A stretch of 62,019 nucleotides of DNA, filler included, from a candidate division TA06 bacterium SM23_40 (GCA_001303705.1; 3 parts of 3 records of this genome joined end to end with filler, not necessarily neighbours in it); one strand, 5' to 3'. Numbered from the whole stretch's first letter, positions 1 through 11,368 are shown. Translations and numbers: made by a program. The notes: a model not told the origin generated them from the letters alone.

Positions 1-803
1 TCTACTCCGGGAATCTGGCCACATCCCAGGCATTGATCATCGGCAACACGGTCTCCGGAAATACGGCCTACGATGGCGGCGGGATCTGTTGTCACGATGC
101 CTCCCCGCGGATCAGGCGCAACACGATGACAGGGAACATGGCGGGCGAGTACGGTGGTGCGATCTACTCGATCTACTCGGCATGGCCCAAGGTCGGTAAC
201 TGCATCCTGTGGGACAATGGTGCGACCTTCGCGGGCACTGAGGAGATTGCTGTTCAGTATGGCGGCGGCACAGAAATCAGTTACTCGGACGTGAAGGGAG
301 GCTGGTTGGGGGAAGGGAATATCGATGCGGATCCGCAGTTCGTGCACCCGGGCTGGAAGGACTATCGTCTGTTGTGGGGTTCACCCTGTATCGATTCCGG
401 GCATCCAGACTACCTGGATCAGGATGGCACACGGAGCGATATGGGAGCGTTCGATTTCGATCAGTCGAAGCCCCTTGTTGCCTACCTGACGCAGCAGGCC
501 CGTATTGTCCACCAGGGAGAGACGAAGGGTGTGCTGTACACTCTGGCGAACTGCCACGATCAACCCCGGCCGTCCTGGGGAATTGTCGAGCTGATCCTTC
601 CTGGTGGAGAGCCATGGCCCGGGAATCCGCTCGAGGGACCTGGGTACGGAGTCATGTGTCCCCGGAGCAACTGGCACTATGTCCGGGAATATGAGGTGCC
701 CGTGGCATTCCCGCTCGGCACTTCGAGCTTCACGTGGAAGGTAGGAGTGCCTGGCAACCTGTTTGACACAGACACCTTCGAGTTCACGGTGGTCGAGCCA
801 TAG
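1..803 (+). CDS. Parallel beta-helix (Pmp/NosD-like repeat) protein with shared C-terminal domain; 5'-truncated
   Basis: Frame open from position 3; GNTAYDGGGI and GNMAGEYGGAIY repeats; GNIDADPQF...YRLLWGSPCIDSG...SDMGAF signature; C-terminal LPGGEPWPGNPLEGP domain. Confidence 0.75.
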   Translation, partial: YSGNLATSQALIIGNTVSGNTAYDGGGICCHDASPRIRRNTMTGNMAGEYGGAIYSIYSAWPKVGNCILWDNGATFAGTEEIAVQYGGGTEISYSDVKGGWLGEGNIDADPQFVHPGWKDYRLLWGSPCIDSGHPDYLDQDGTRSDMGAFDFDQSKPLVAYLTQQARIVHQGETKGVLYTLANCHDQPRPSWGIVELILPGGEPWPGNPLEGPGYGVMCPRSNWHYVREYEVPVAFPLGTSSFTWKVGVPGNLFDTDTFEFTVVEP

Positions 804-900
804 GGTGGAGGGCAGGTGTCTCGGCCTGCGATCATACAGAGTTGGTGCGGGTGGTCATCCTGCGATAGGGCTGACCAGAAATGACCTTGCGGTCTTCGAG

Positions 901-931
901 CCGGCGGCACATCAGGAGTCGCCGGTTTTTT
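901..931 (+). terminator. Rho-independent terminator
   Basis: CCGGCGGC-9 nt loop-GTCGCCGG followed by TTTTTT. Confidence 0.7.
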
Positions 932-1200
932 GTCGTTCTGATACGTCTGGGGACGGATGCCGGAAACCTGCATGAGCCGGGACTCTGCACTGACTCAGTT
1001 CGGACTAGTCAGGGATCACATAGCAGCGAGTGAACGCGCGCAGGCCTCGTCGCTCCGTGGTGGCCTGACATTTGTCTTGAGGCAGGGGTGGATGAGACAT
1101 TATGATGGAAGGTGTGGCTCTGTCTTGCCAAGATCCCGGCGACAGCCTGCCTGGCGGGTATGACACGATGGTATGCGGTCCGAGGACGAGGAAGCTGTTG

Positions 1201-4200
1201 ATGACTCCCATTCCCCATGATAGTACCGATGATAGCCCCGCGGCGAGGTTGGGCCCGTTGCTCGAACGGGTCCCCGCGCTGCACGATGTCGCGCGCGAGC
1301 TTGCGGCAGGCAGATCTCCCGTCACGCTCTGCGGGCTCGCAGCCCTCGGCAGTCGTCGCTTACCTCATACGTCGCCTCGAGCGTCCGATCGCCGCCATCG
1401 CCGGAGATGAGGAGCGGGCGACGGCCCTGTATCAGGATCTCATTGTACTCCTGGGCCAGGGGATGGTGCACCGTCTCCCTCCCTGGGACCTCCTCCCCTA
1501 TGAAGAAGGCAGCCCGAACCAGGAGGTCGTCGGCTCGAGGATCGAGGCCTTTGAGGCGATGACCCAGAACCGATCTGCCGTTGTCGTCCTCTCCCTGAAA
1601 TCATTCATGCAGCAGGTGCCGCCGCCGGAAGCATACCTGGCATCGCGGATCGAGGTGCGGGTCGGCGACGAGATCGATGTCGACGGTCTGTTGTGGCGTC
1701 TCCTGTACCTGGGGTACGAGTACCGCAGCGTCGTCGAGGAGCAGGGAGAGATGAGCCGGCGGGGTGGATTGATCGATCTCTTCTCGTTCGGGATGAAGGA
1801 ACCCCTGCGCATCGAGTTCTTCGGCGACGAGGTCGTATCGCTCCGGAGGTTCGATCCCTTCACGCAGCGCTCCGTGGGCAAGGATGAGCGTGCCGTGATA
1901 CTCCCGTTCCGCGAGCTCTTCTTCGATGAGCAGCAATACCGCCGCGGCGTTAGTGCGCTCGCGCGTCGGGGAGTGGAACTCATCGCTCCAGAGGATGAAG
2001 GGCCGTACTTCGAGGGCATCGAGCGCTACCTCGTGGCGTTCCACGAGCGGCTCGTGTCTGTATTCGACTATCTGTCCCGGGGAGCAGTCCTCGCTGTACA
2101 TGGCAGGGACGACTTGGAGCGCGAGGCTGCTGTCCTCGCCGACGAGCTGTCTCGACACGCCGGCGAAGGCGATGGCGGGAGGGGGGCACACGCTGAGACG
2201 GAATGGGGTGTGCATATTCTACCGCCGGCATCAGCGCTCGAGCACATTCTCGGGTCCCCGGCCGAGCCTCGCAGACTCCCTATCCTCATCCTTGAACGCG
2301 GAGCCGTGCCCGACACTCTCTCCCTTTCCTCCCGACCCCAATCACCCTATGGTGGGAACTTCACTCTGTTCAAAGAGGAGGTCGAACGACTCGGCGGAGA
2401 GGCATATCTTCAGTTCCTCTTCTGCGAGAGCCGGGGCCAGATCGAGCGGCTCACTGAACTGCTGAGCGAGGCCGAGGCCCCACTGGAGCTCGTGCTCGGT
2501 TCGCTGGCCGGGGGATTTCAGATCCCGGACGCCGGGCTCGCCGTGTACACCGACCATGAGATATTCGGTCGGTTCCGGCGGCGCCGCGCACTCCCCAGGG
2601 CGCGGCTCGGGATCCCTCTGGAGGACCTCCTTACGCTTACCCCGGGCGACTGGATCGTGCACGTCGATTACGGGATCGGGCGGTACGCCGGCCTGGAACG
2701 CATCGAGATCGACGAGACGATTACTGACTGCCTGCTGATCCGGTACGAGGGCGACGATAAACTCTACGTTCCGGTTGAACGGATGAATCTCGTGCAGCGG
2801 TACATAGGGAGCAGCGATGCGCGGCCGCGTCCCTCCAAGTTGGGAGGTGCGATGTGGGAGCGGGCCAAGCAGCGGACAAAGCGGGCGATCAGAGAGATGG
2901 CAAAGGAACTCCTCGCCCTGTACGCGGAGAGAGAGGCATATGAAGGTTACTCGTTCTCGCCCGACAAGCCCTGGCAACGTCAGTTCGAGAGTTCGTTTAT
3001 CTACGAGGAGACGGACGATCAACTTGAGAGCACTGAGGAAATCAAGCGCGACATGGAGTCGGCCAAACCCATGGACCGTCTCGTCACCGGTGACGTTGGA
3101 TATGGGAAGACCGAGGTCGCCCTGCGCGCGGCGTTCAAGGCGGTGATGGACTCGAAGCAAGTCGCGATCCTCGTGCCGACGACCGTACTTGCACAGCAGC
3201 ACTATAACACCTGCCTCGAGCGGTTGGCGGGCTTCCCCATCAACGTCGAGATGTTGTCGCGGTTCCGCAGTCGGGCCCGGCAGAAAGCAATTGTTGAAGG
3301 GTTGAGGCGAGGGACAGTGGACATCGTCGTCGGGACGCATCGCCTGCTGAGCAAGGATGTCGAGTTCAAGAACCTGGGGTTGGTCATCATCGACGAGGAG
3401 CAGCGGTTTGGGGTCGCCCACAAGGAGCGGTTGAAGAGGTTCCGCCGCACCGTCGATGTGCTGACGATGACTGCGACTCCCATCCCGCGCACGCTCCACA
3501 TGTCGCTGGTTCGTATACGGGATCTGTCGACGATAGAGACGCCGCCTAAGAACAGACTTTCGATCGTCACCAGAGTCGTGCGGTGGGATGAAGATCTGAT
3601 CGCGGATGCTATCAGGCGCGAGGTTGACAGAGAAGGACAGGTTTACTTCCTCCATAACCGGGTACAGTCGATCGATTCGATGGCCAACTTCCTGCGCCGG
3701 CTCGTGCCGGAGGTGACGCTGGGCGTCGCCCACGGACAGATGCGGGAGGATGAGCTGGAGCGGACCATGGTCGACTTCCTCAACCGGCGATTTCAGGTTC
3801 TCGTCAGCACCTCGATCATTGAGTCCGGGCTCGATATACCGAATGTCAATACGATCGTCGTGAATCGCGCCGATCGGTTCGGGCTGGCCCAGCTTCACCA
3901 GCTGCGAGGACGCGTTGGCCGGTCAGATAGGCTTGCCTACGCCTACCTGCTGGTGCCTGCCGGCGGCAGGGTAACGCGCGATGCGCGGAAGCGCCTGGGG
4001 GCGATCGAGTCCTTTCATGAACTGGGGAGCGGGCTCAAGCTCGCGCTCCGTGACCTCGAGATCCGCGGTGCGGGGAACATCCTCGGGCCGGAGCAACACG
4101 GCCACATCGGCATCGTCGGATTCGATCTGTACTGCAAGCTACTCGATGAGGCCGTGCGGGAGCTGAAGGGCGAGGCTCCTGAGGAACAGTCCGAGCCGAC

Positions 4201-4624
4201 GATCAGACTCGGCGTCGATGCCTACCTTCCGGATGACTACATCGGGGATGCCGAGCACAAGGTGGCGATCTATCGGCGCATCGCCTCGTGCGCGAAAGAG
4301 GATCAGGTGGCGAGCATTGAAGAAGAGCTCGCAGATCGGTTCGGTAGGCTCCCGGAGCCCGCGCGGATGCTGATCGAGGGGATGAAGCTGAAGATCCTCG
4401 CCCGGCGGGCATCGGTGGAGCGCGTGACCGTCCATCAGCGCGTGGCCGAGTTCGAGTACCCGCGCGGGACGGAGCCGGACCGGAAGCGCATCGCATATCT
4501 CATGGAGCAGGTGAAGGAGCCGATCGAATTCGCGGCAGCCGGCAGGTTCGCCATCAGAGTCACGCTCGGAGAGGAACGCCTCCGATTCGATCTGGTCAAA
4601 AAGGTGTTGCGAAGCCTCGCCTAG
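1201..4624 (+). CDS. mfd: Transcription-repair coupling factor, apparent frameshift near 1334-1341
   Basis: UvrB-homology region (RRGGLIDLF), RID (VHVDYGIGRY), GDVGYGKTEVA, IIDEEQRFG, QLRGRVGR, TRCF tail; plausible N-terminus starts at ATG 1201 in a different frame. Confidence 0.95.
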
Positions 4625-4689
4625 GGTGTTAGGCTCGTCCCGCCATTCATTGACTATCTCCCTGGACAGGTGATTCACGAAAAGGCGTC

Positions 4690-6057
4690 GTGACCACGCC
4701 CAGCGGCTCCGGGGCGGGAAGGCTGCCGGTCGACGACATGTTGCTGGAACCACAGGAGTTGTGCCGAATGCGGTGTGCGGCGCTCAGGACGGATATACCG
4801 AACCTGCTCGTAGCCGTCGTCCTGCTGTGTCTGTCCTTGTTCCTCATCTGCGGGTGCGGAGAGTCACCGTCTCCGGTCATTGCCACCGTAGGCGAGCGTG
4901 AGATGACTGCCGCCGATTGGATCTGGGAGTGCGGTCTCGGCGCGGCGGGCGAGGGCAACCCGCGACCTGCCGATTCACGCGCTGTACTCGACAGGATGAT
5001 CGAGCGGGCCGTTCTCGCCATAGAGGGAGAGCGAAGAGGGTACGATCATCTGCCGGCCATCCAGCGACAACTCGCGTGGATAGAGGAAGAGCAGCTTCTC
5101 CTGGAGACCTACCGGCGTGAGGTCGGCGATCCGAACGCAGGGAACCCTGAGGAGGGAGACTACTATCAGGAACTGAGGGACGGAGCCGGGGTGGAGGTGA
5201 GGGCAGATGGACTGGCAGAGCTCGCGCTGCTTGCGTCATCCAGGGGAAGAGGCGATGAGGGCGTCGAAGTAGTGACGTTCCGGGATACTACGTGGGCCGC
5301 TGGTGAGCTCCTCGAGCGGCTCCGTATGTCGAGGCCGAGTGGTTCGGTGCCCATGGACGAAGCTGTGCTGAGCGACCTTGTGGAGCGGGAGATCGACCGT
5401 GCGCTGCTCGTGGAGAGGGCAGCGGAGCTGGGGATTGACAGCGAAGAGACATTCTTGCGCACGTTGAGGAGGGAGCGTGATCAACTGATAGCGGAGCGAG
5501 TGCTCGAAGCGGAGATAGGGAGCGGGAGAGATCCGTCTCTGCCCGAGCTCCGTGAATACTTCGCGGCCCACCGGGAGAAGTACGAGCGAGAAGAGGAGGT
5601 AAGGGCGAGCATCATTGTCGTTGAGAGTATGTCCGAGGCGGCGGCACTGCTCGATTCGCTCGCTCGCGGGGAGGATTTCGAACGGCTTGCCCGAGAACAT
5701 TCGATCGATCCCTCAGGACCTCGCGGCGGCGATCTGGGATATTTCGCCCGGGGGCGTTTCGAACATATCGAGGAAGTGGCGTTTCGTCTGTCGCGGGGTG
5801 AGGTGTCTGAGGCATTTGCGGTAGATGGCGGCGTGGCGATCATGAAAGTGACGGCGAGGACGCCGGGTCGACAGCTCACCTTCGACGAAGCACGGCGCAC
5901 GGTGGAGAGGGACCTTCGGGAAGAGCTGAGGGCAGCGCGCATTGCGAGCTTTGTGGCGGAACTGAGGCAGGGCGTGGACGTCTCCATTGATGAGGAATTG
6001 GTGGCGCGCTACGAACAACAGATGGCGGAGGTAATCGATGAACCAGAGGAGAAATGA
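4690..6057 (+). CDS. PpiC/parvulin-type peptidyl-prolyl isomerase (PrsA-like), start uncertain
   Basis: Hydrophobic leader with LICGC; FERLAREHSIDPSGPRGGDLGYF rotamase motif. Confidence 0.8.
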   Translation: MTTPSGSGAGRLPVDDMLLEPQELCRMRCAALRTDIPNLLVAVVLLCLSLFLICGCGESPSPVIATVGEREMTAADWIWECGLGAAGEGNPRPADSRAVLDRMIERAVLAIEGERRGYDHLPAIQRQLAWIEEEQLLLETYRREVGDPNAGNPEEGDYYQELRDGAGVEVRADGLAELALLASSRGRGDEGVEVVTFRDTTWAAGELLERLRMSRPSGSVPMDEAVLSDLVEREIDRALLVERAAELGIDSEETFLRTLRRERDQLIAERVLEAEIGSGRDPSLPELREYFAAHREKYEREEEVRASIIVVESMSEAAALLDSLARGEDFERLAREHSIDPSGPRGGDLGYFARGRFEHIEEVAFRLSRGEVSEAFAVDGGVAIMKVTARTPGRQLTFDEARRTVERDLREELRAARIASFVAELRQGVDVSIDEELVARYEQQMAEVIDEPEEK

Positions 6058-6964
6058 TCTAGCGGCTGTTGTAGTCACGGGTCTCATGGCGTTGTCCCTT
6101 GGTCTGTCGCTGACTCTCGGGCTGCCCGGTTGTGGGCAGCGAGAAGGGGAAGAAGAGATACTCGCCAGGGTGGATGACGCCACACTGACCCTCGATGAAT
6201 TCCTGTCTCAGATTCCAGAGGAAGTGCGTCCTCTTCTCACAAGGCAGAACATGGAGAACCACGTGAAGCGGTGGGCCGACACCCAGCTCTTTTACAGAGA
6301 GGCGATGCGCCGGGGGCTCGACAGGGATCCTGAGGTCGCGCCGAAGTTGGAGAACCTCCGGCGGGAGATCCTCGTGGGGGAGCTGCTGAGCAGGGAGATG
6401 GAGGAAAAAGCGCAGGTGACCGATGAGGATGTTGCGGCCTACTATCGTGAGCATGAGGATGACTATGCGACCGAGATCAAAGTGGCCCACATTCTCGTGA
6501 GCACCCCAGGCGAGGCCCAAAGGATCCTCGAGGAAATTCGTGCTGACGGCGATTTCGCCGAGCTGGCGAGGGCATGGTCACTCGATGAGTCATCGAGGGA
6601 GAGGGGGGGCGAGCTCCCGTACTTCACGCGAGGAAGCGGTGTGCCCGACTTCGAGGATGCGTGTTTTGCGCTTGAGCTCGGGGAGGTGAGCGATGTCGTC
6701 GAGACGGGATACGGGTACCACGTCATCAAAATGATAAGCCACCGACCCGCCGGAAAGATCGTTGTTCTGGAGGAGATCGAGGACGAGCTGCGTGGATATA
6801 TGATGGCGATGAGACAGGATGAACTGCTCAGCTCCTGGCTCGATGAGCTCCGCGCGGGGGCGCGGATCGAGCTGAACCTCGACCTCCTCGAGAGGATCGA
6901 GCCCGCGCTGCCGGGAGGCGGGTCCGGAGCGATGGGGCCGATGGATGCTGGGCCTGACAGGTAA
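6038..6964 (+). CDS. PpiC/parvulin-type peptidyl-prolyl isomerase, probable lipoprotein
   Basis: LPGC lipobox-like; VAHILV, FAELARAWSLD...RGGEL, GYHVIK. Confidence 0.88.
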   Translation: MNQRRNDLAAVVVTGLMALSLGLSLTLGLPGCGQREGEEEILARVDDATLTLDEFLSQIPEEVRPLLTRQNMENHVKRWADTQLFYREAMRRGLDRDPEVAPKLENLRREILVGELLSREMEEKAQVTDEDVAAYYREHEDDYATEIKVAHILVSTPGEAQRILEEIRADGDFAELARAWSLDESSRERGGELPYFTRGSGVPDFEDACFALELGEVSDVVETGYGYHVIKMISHRPAGKIVVLEEIEDELRGYMMAMRQDELLSSWLDELRAGARIELNLDLLERIEPALPGGGSGAMGPMDAGPDR

Positions 6965-7032
6965 TGGGTTTCGGGCGCCGGATCGATCGGTCGCCCAAAA
7001 TCGAGATGGGGCCATAAAACTGAGGGAGTTGT

Positions 7033-8412
7033 ATGATGCACGATCTTCGCAGGTACATCCTTTTTCTCTTTCTTCTCTTCATGGTGGGAACCTCGTGGGC
7101 GGTCAGGGAGACGGTGGACAGGATCGTCGCGGTCGTCGGCGACGACGTCATACTCGAAAGCGAGCTGACTCGGGAGGTGTACCTGTACTACATCCAATTC
7201 GGAGTGGAGATTGAGGACGAGGCCCAGCTTGAAGACTTGCGTTCGTCGGTTCTCGAGCGGATGATCGAGAGCAGGATACTGTTGGCGGAGGCCAAGCGGG
7301 ACACGATCGAGCCGAGTGAAACAGAGGTGGAGGAAGCACTCAACCAGGCGATCAAGGAGATTTCTGGTCGCTTCCCCAGCGAGGAAGCATTTGAGGAGGA
7401 GGTGCTGCAGCAGGGGTTGACCGTGGATGATTTGCGGGCTCGTTATCGTGAGGATATCCGGGAACGCCTTCTCGTCGATGGCCTCGTTGAGAGGAGATTG
7501 AGGCCGGGTGTGTTCGTCTCCAGCCGCGAGGTTGAGGAATTCTACCAATCGCACATCGATTCGATCCCACTCGTACCTGCGAAGGTTACTCTCTCGCACA
7601 TAATGATCGCCGTCGTCCCTGGCGAGGAGATGGAGAAGGCGGCGAAGGAGCGGGCAGAGGCGATCCTCGCTCTAGTCAAGGAGGGGCAGGACTTCGCGAT
7701 GCTCGCCAGGCGGTTCTCCGAAGATCCGGGCAGTGCCCCCCAGGGGGGCGATCTGGGGTATTTCGGGCGGGGAGAGATGGTGCCGGAGTTCGAGACCGCG
7801 GCATTCGACCTCCAGCCTGGCGAGGTCTCGGGCCTCGTTCAAACGGTCTTCGGATACCACATTCTGAAGTGCGAGGAAAAGGAGGCGGACAGGGTGCGTA
7901 TCAGTCACATCCTCGTACTCCTCCTCCCCGGGCCAGAGGATGCCGCGCGTGCACGTGTAAGGGCGGACTCGGTGAGGACGATGGCGCTCGCAGAAGAGAG
8001 GTTCGCATCGCTCGCCGGCCGGTACTCAGACGATGCCGAGTCACGCGACCGCGGAGGTGTGCTGGGCGAGTTTGTGGTGGATGATCTCGGGCAGTTCCTC
8101 CGCGACGCGATCGAGGGTCTGGGCCCGGGAGAGATCAGCGATATAGTGGAGAGCGACATAGGCTACCACGTAGTCCGTGTCGACGCGTATGAGGCATCGA
8201 GGCGACCGACATATGACGAGATAAAGGGGAGCCTGAAGGAGTTCCTGTTTCAGACGAAGCTGGAGGAGAAATCGAAGGGCTGGATTGAGGAACTCAAAGA
8301 GGAGATCTACGTCGAGAACCGACTGGCTGAATCGGTCGTCGAGAGAGAAGAAGAGGATGAAGGACCTGCTCTCGAGCCTCCGGGTGAGGGCGGAGAGCTC
8401 GGGAGGGAATGA
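7033..8412 (+). CDS. surA: SurA-like chaperone with two parvulin domains
   Basis: Signal peptide; VDRIVAVVGDDVILESEL SurA N-terminus; two rotamase domains. Confidence 0.85.
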   Translation: MMHDLRRYILFLFLLFMVGTSWAVRETVDRIVAVVGDDVILESELTREVYLYYIQFGVEIEDEAQLEDLRSSVLERMIESRILLAEAKRDTIEPSETEVEEALNQAIKEISGRFPSEEAFEEEVLQQGLTVDDLRARYREDIRERLLVDGLVERRLRPGVFVSSREVEEFYQSHIDSIPLVPAKVTLSHIMIAVVPGEEMEKAAKERAEAILALVKEGQDFAMLARRFSEDPGSAPQGGDLGYFGRGEMVPEFETAAFDLQPGEVSGLVQTVFGYHILKCEEKEADRVRISHILVLLLPGPEDAARARVRADSVRTMALAEERFASLAGRYSDDAESRDRGGVLGEFVVDDLGQFLRDAIEGLGPGEISDIVESDIGYHVVRVDAYEASRRPTYDEIKGSLKEFLFQTKLEEKSKGWIEELKEEIYVENRLAESVVEREEEDEGPALEPPGEGGELGRE

Positions 8413-8421
8413 GGGAGAGAG

Positions 8422-8706
8422 GTGCGGCTCGATCTCTTCTTGAAGACAAGTCGACTTGTCAAGCAGCGGTCACTGGCCAAGCGAGCATGTGATGGAGGGC
8501 GGGTGAAGGTTGGCGGACGGGCGGCGAAGGCGAGTCATCACGTCCACCCCGGGGAACGATTGAGGATCGCCTATCCGACTAAGGTGGTCGAGGTCGAGGT
8601 GGTGGAGGTTCCTGAGGGAAATGTCTCCCGAGCACGGGCTCGCGAGCTCTATCGGGTGCTGTCGGAGGAACGTGTGGATGAATTCTGGCCCGACCGAGCC
8701 CGGTGA
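8422..8706 (+). CDS. rqcP: S4-domain RNA-binding protein (RqcP/YabO or Hsp15 family)
   Basis: MRLDLFLKTSRLVKQRSLAKRACDGGRV; 94 aa. Confidence 0.75.
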   Translation: MRLDLFLKTSRLVKQRSLAKRACDGGRVKVGGRAAKASHHVHPGERLRIAYPTKVVEVEVVEVPEGNVSRARARELYRVLSEERVDEFWPDRAR

Positions 8707-8892
8707 GCGGGAGCTGGACAAATCCGGTGTTGTAAACAGGGGCGAAACATTGTAGCATGGGGCCCGCGCGGTACTATATGTTGTAGTCCTTCGACAGGGC
8801 CATGGAGGCCGTGAAGAGGCCCACCGCCTGAGCGCGTTTCGGGACATCTCCAGAACTGGCCCGATGTACCATTCCCCGGGGGTATCGATATC

Positions 8893-9741
8893 ATGGGTCT
8901 GTCGCACCAGGAAGTGGAGGAACTGCAGGAGATCGCCCGTCAGCTGCGGATCGACATCGTCGAGATGCTGGCAAAGGCCGGTTCAGGTCATACCGGGGGG
9001 AGCATGTCGATGGTAGAGATCCTTGTCGCACTCTACTTCCGGCATATGCGGCACAGGCCGCACGAACCCTGCTGGCCCGATCGGGACCGCCTTGTCCTGT
9101 CCAAGGGTCATGGCGCGCCCGCCCTGTACGCAGTGCTGGCCCGCGCGGGATACTTCCCCCGCGAGGAACTGAGCCGACTGCGCGTCCTGGGGAGCATACT
9201 GCAAGGCCATCCGGATATGGCGAAGACCCCCGGGATCGACTTCTCCAGCGGGTCGATCGGGCAGGGCCTCTCGGCTGCCTGCGGCATGGCGCTGGCCGCC
9301 CGCCTCGATAAGAAGGATCTCCGCGTCTACTCCGTTCTCGGGGACGGCGACATGCAGGAGGGACAGACCTGGGAGGCTGCTATGGCGGCAGCGCACTACG
9401 GGCTCGGCAATCTCAGCGCCATCGTCGACTATAACCGCGTTCAGTCAGACGGCCCCGTTGAAGAGGTGATGGAGATCAGTCCTCTCGCTGCTAAGTGGCA
9501 GGCGTTCGGCTGGAGGATGATGGAGATTGACGGGCACAATCTCGCGGATGTGAGCGACGCGCTCGAGTGGACTTCCGGCAAAGCGGAATCACCGAGTGTA
9601 GTCATTGCTCATACGATCAAGGGCAAAGGTCTCTCGTTTGCAGAAGGAAAAGCATCGTACCACGGTGTGGCTCCCAGCAAGGCTGAGCTCGAGCAGGCGC
9701 GGAAGGAGCTCGCACCGAAGAGAGAGAGGGTGGTGCGGTGA
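8893..9741 (+). CDS. Transketolase, N-terminal TPP-binding subunit
   Basis: SGHTGGS, DRDRLVLSKGH, LQGHP, GDG...EGQTWEA, HTIKGKG. Confidence 0.93.
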   Translation: MGLSHQEVEELQEIARQLRIDIVEMLAKAGSGHTGGSMSMVEILVALYFRHMRHRPHEPCWPDRDRLVLSKGHGAPALYAVLARAGYFPREELSRLRVLGSILQGHPDMAKTPGIDFSSGSIGQGLSAACGMALAARLDKKDLRVYSVLGDGDMQEGQTWEAAMAAAHYGLGNLSAIVDYNRVQSDGPVEEVMEISPLAAKWQAFGWRMMEIDGHNLADVSDALEWTSGKAESPSVVIAHTIKGKGLSFAEGKASYHGVAPSKAELEQARKELAPKRERVVR

Positions 9742-10685
9742 GCGATATGCTCGGAACGCGTGATGCATACGGCAAAACCCTGGCCAGGCTTGGGGAGGAA
9801 CATCCAGAGATCGTCGTCTTCGACGCGGATCTGTCGAAATCGACGCGAAGCGCCGAGTTCGGCAAGCGGTTCCCGGATCGGTTTTTCAATATGGGCCTGG
9901 CCGAACAGAACATGCTGGCCACGGCCGCCGGCATGGCGGCATATGGCAAGATGCCGTTCGTCAGCACCTTCGCGATCTTTGCTAGCGGACGGGCATGGGA
10001 GCAGATCCGCCAGTCGATCTGCTATTCCGATTTGAATGTGAAGATCGTCGCCACACACGGAGGCGTGACGGTCGGGGCCGATGGGGGGTCCCACCAGTGC
10101 ACAGAGGATGTTGCGTTGATGCGTGTTCTCCCGAAGATGACAGTGATCGTTCCCGCCGACGCCTACGAGACCGAGCAGGTGATCGAGGCAGTTGTCGAGC
10201 ATCGCGGTCCGACCTATATCAGATTGGCACGGTCTAAGTTCCCTGTCTGTTACGGTCCCGATTGTAGCTTCAAGATCGGACGCGCTCACCGGATCAGAGA
10301 GGGGAGGGACGTCTCGATCATCGCCGTCGGCCTCATGGTCCACGAGGCCATGGAGGCGAGGGACCTCCTCGCGGCAGATGGCATCGATGCAAGAGTGGTG
10401 AACATGTCGACGATCAAGCCGATCGATGAGGAAGAGGTGCTCGCCGCGGCGAGAGAGACAGGGGGTATAGTCACGGCAGAGGAACATTCGGTGATCGGAG
10501 GGCTGGGGAGTGCGGTGGCGGAGATCGTCTGTGAGAAGCATCCTGTTCCTGTGAAGCGTATCGGCGTGCAGGACCTGTTCGGGATGTCGGGAGACCCTGA
10601 CAGTCTGTTGGAGTTCTACGGACTCAAGGCGCGGGACATAGCAGAGGCAGCAAAGGTCGTGCTCGATGAAAGTGCGAGGGCATGA
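9738..10685 (+). CDS. Transketolase, C-terminal subunit
   Basis: DADLSKST, MGLAEQNM, DGGSHQ, EEHSVIGGLGSAV; 4-bp overlap with upstream gene. Confidence 0.93.
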   Translation: MSDMLGTRDAYGKTLARLGEEHPEIVVFDADLSKSTRSAEFGKRFPDRFFNMGLAEQNMLATAAGMAAYGKMPFVSTFAIFASGRAWEQIRQSICYSDLNVKIVATHGGVTVGADGGSHQCTEDVALMRVLPKMTVIVPADAYETEQVIEAVVEHRGPTYIRLARSKFPVCYGPDCSFKIGRAHRIREGRDVSIIAVGLMVHEAMEARDLLAADGIDARVVNMSTIKPIDEEEVLAAARETGGIVTAEEHSVIGGLGSAVAEIVCEKHPVPVKRIGVQDLFGMSGDPDSLLEFYGLKARDIAEAAKVVLDESARA

Positions 10686-11368
10686 TTGAACTCAACCACG
10701 TACACAAAGTCTACCGTGGGGATTGGGTCGCCCTCAACGACGTAAGCTTCGCAATCGGCAAGGGAGAATTCGCGTTCATCGTCGGTCCGTCGGGGGCGGG
10801 CAAGAGTACCCTCCTCCGGCTGCTTTATATTGAAGAGCGGCCGACGAATGGCACCGTTGTCGTCGTTGGGTTCGACACAGCCCGCATAAAACGGGAGGAG
10901 ATTCCTCTTCTCCGGCGGAAACTGGGCGTTGTGTTTCAGGATGTGAAGCTGCTCCCGGACAGGAACGCCTATGAGAATGTTGCCTTTGCCCTCGAAGTGA
11001 CAGGGGTGCGCCGAAGTGAGGTGAGGAGCCGGGCGCTCGATGCGCTCGGCGCGGTGGGTATGCGGCACAAATGGGATGCGTTGCCGTACCAGCTCTCCGC
11101 CGGGGAGCAACAGAAGGTGGCACTGGCGAGGGCGATCGCACGGGAGCCAGTCGTCCTCCTCGCCGATGAGCCGACAGGCAACATAGACGAGGACGGCGCT
11201 CGCGAGATAGTAGGACTGCTCGCAGATATCAACGCGCGTGGCACGGCGGTCGTCATGGCCACTCACGACTTCTCCATTGTTGAGAAGACCTCGTCGAGAG
11301 TGATATATTTGGACAGTGGCGAGATCCGTGGCGAAGAACGGAGCGTGGGGGGGATAGGTCACCGATGA
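10682..11368 (+). CDS. ftsE: Cell-division ABC ATPase
   Basis: [29 protein letters not shown]; upstream of ftsX. Confidence 0.9.
   Translation: MIELNHVHKVYRGDWVALNDVSFAIGKGEFAFIVGPSGAGKSTLLRLLYIEERPTNGTVVVVGFDTARIKREEIPLLRRKLGVVFQDVKLLPDRNAYENVAFALEVTGVRRSEVRSRALDALGAVGMRHKWDALPYQLSAGEQQKVALARAIAREPVVLLADEPTGNIDEDGAREIVGLLADINARGTAVVMATHDFSIVEKTSSRVIYLDSGEIRGEERSVGGIGHR

Noticed and set aside
1217-1333. ORF-track N-terminus of Mfd (MIVPMIAPRRGW...)
   Set aside because: Not Mfd-like; the alternative frame from 1201 fits better.
2342-3898. Long antisense ORFs (e.g. 2342-3898, 14912-16231, 25891-27645, 32962-34188)
   Set aside because: Shadows of well-supported genes in GC-rich DNA, with no recognisable motifs.
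8707-8892. Possible RNA gene or riboswitch before transketolase
   Set aside because: No tRNA, TPP or other recognisable consensus; probably just a promoter region.
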